Under the pieces are notes generated by a model that was not told where the DNA came from, made no database searches, and saw only the letters and a list, made by a program, of their open reading frames with translations. Position numbers and translations under genes: made by a program. A DNA stretch of 32,000 nucleotides from Bacillus subtilis subsp. subtilis str. 168 (lineage in GTDB: Bacteria; Bacillota; Bacilli; Bacillales; Bacillaceae). This document shows, in pieces, positions 31,083 to 32,000 of this stretch. Each line of letters begins with the position of its first letter. The stretch's first letter is position 1. The DNA lies in NCBI RefSeq assembly GCF_000009045.1, contig NC_000964.3, forward strand, positions 1,200,001 through 1,232,000, given 5' to 3'.

Positions 31083-32000
31083 GTGAAAGGCACAAAAGGA
31101 AAGGTTTTTCGTGTTTTTACTGCTTTTTTGGCATTCGTTCTCTTCATTACTGCATATGATTTGACAAAAGGCAGTGAAAAACCGGAAGATATTCACAACA
31201 CAAGTTTATTGAGAAACAGCTGTTTTTTCAATTGGCTTGAATCAAAGAAGACGAGGGGGATCACCATGGCTGAGGAAAAAAAAGCAAACCAACTGCCTGA
31301 CAGAAGTGAGGTAAAGGCAGAAGACACATGGAGACTTGAGGATATTTTTCCTAGTGATGAGGCCTGGAATAAAGAATTTCAAGCTGTAAAAGAATTAATT
31401 CCGAATTTATCTAAGTATAAAGGAAAGCTGGCAGATTCAGCTGATCATTTATACGAGGCTCTTACGTATCAAGATAAAGTGATGGAGCGGCTAGGTAGGC
31501 TGTACACATATGCGCATATGCGCTCTGACCAGGATACTGGGAACTCCTTTTACCAGGGGCTGAATGACAAGGCGGGAAACCTGTATACACAGGCCGCAAG
31601 CGCGACAGCTTATTTGGTTCCGGAGATTTTATCCATAGAAGAAGACAAACTGCAGCAGTTCATTCTTGAAAAAGAAGAATTGAAGCTGTACTCTCATGCG
31701 ATTGAGGAGATTACAAAGGAACGTCCGCATGTGCTGAGCGAGAAGGAAGAGGCGCTGCTTGCTGAAGCCTCCGAGGTACTGGGGTCATCTTCAAATACAT
31801 TCAGCGTGTTAAATAACGCAGATATAACGTTTCCATCCATTAAAGACGAAGATGGGAATGAAAAACAGATCACTCACGGCAACTTTATTAATTTCTTGGA
31901 AAGTGAAAACCGTGAAGTCCGCAAAAATGCGTTTGACGCAGTGTATAAAACGTACGGACAATATAAAAACACAATGGCCACGACGCTAAGCGGCACTGTG
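31083..32000 (+). CDS. pepF: Oligoendopeptidase F family peptidase, 5' part, truncated by the window edge (GTG 31083; alternative ATG 31266)
   Basis: Open frame to the window end; 'EDTWRLEDIFPSDEAWNKEFQAVKELIPNLSKYKGKLADSADHL' is typical of the PepF/M3B N-terminus. The catalytic HExxH lies outside the window. Confidence 0.88.
   Translation, partial: MKGTKGKVFRVFTAFLAFVLFITAYDLTKGSEKPEDIHNTSLLRNSCFFNWLESKKTRGITMAEEKKANQLPDRSEVKAEDTWRLEDIFPSDEAWNKEFQAVKELIPNLSKYKGKLADSADHLYEALTYQDKVMERLGRLYTYAHMRSDQDTGNSFYQGLNDKAGNLYTQAASATAYLVPEILSIEEDKLQQFILEKEELKLYSHAIEEITKERPHVLSEKEEALLAEASEVLGSSSNTFSVLNNADITFPSIKDEDGNEKQITHGNFINFLESENREVRKNAFDAVYKTYGQYKNTMATTLSGTV

Overview
Gene content and order identify this window as a core-chromosome segment of Bacillus subtilis, 168-like: carA(end)-carB-argF, yjzC, yjzD, yjaU, yjaV, med, comZ, yjzB, fabHA-fabF, yjaZ, appD-appF-appA-appB-appC, yjbA, trpS with a T-box leader, oppA-oppB-oppC-oppD-oppF, yjbB, yjbC, spx, yjbE, mecA, coiA, pepF(start). 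I see no mobile element, CRISPR array, rRNA/tRNA gene or defence-type accessory island, and no convincing undescribed system. The points most worth checking are: (1) the appA frameshift lies exactly on an in-phase A AAA AAG slippery heptamer, so -1 slippage would restore AppA; (2) yjbB has no ATG/GTG/TTG start near its Shine-Dalgarno, but an ATT codon sits at good spacing; (3) pepF has a continuous in-frame hydrophobic N-terminal extension upstream of a better-placed ATG; (4) two mutually exclusive small hairpins precede mecA, one covering its Shine-Dalgarno; (5) a perfect 12-bp hairpin (oppA/oppB) and an analogous 8-bp hairpin (appA/appB) follow the binding-protein genes of the two paralogous oligopeptide ABC operons; (6) ComK-, ScoC-, FapR-, sigB-, ECF- and sporulation-type motifs sit in intergenic regions. 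Gene names come from recognising protein sequences and synteny; no database search was run.
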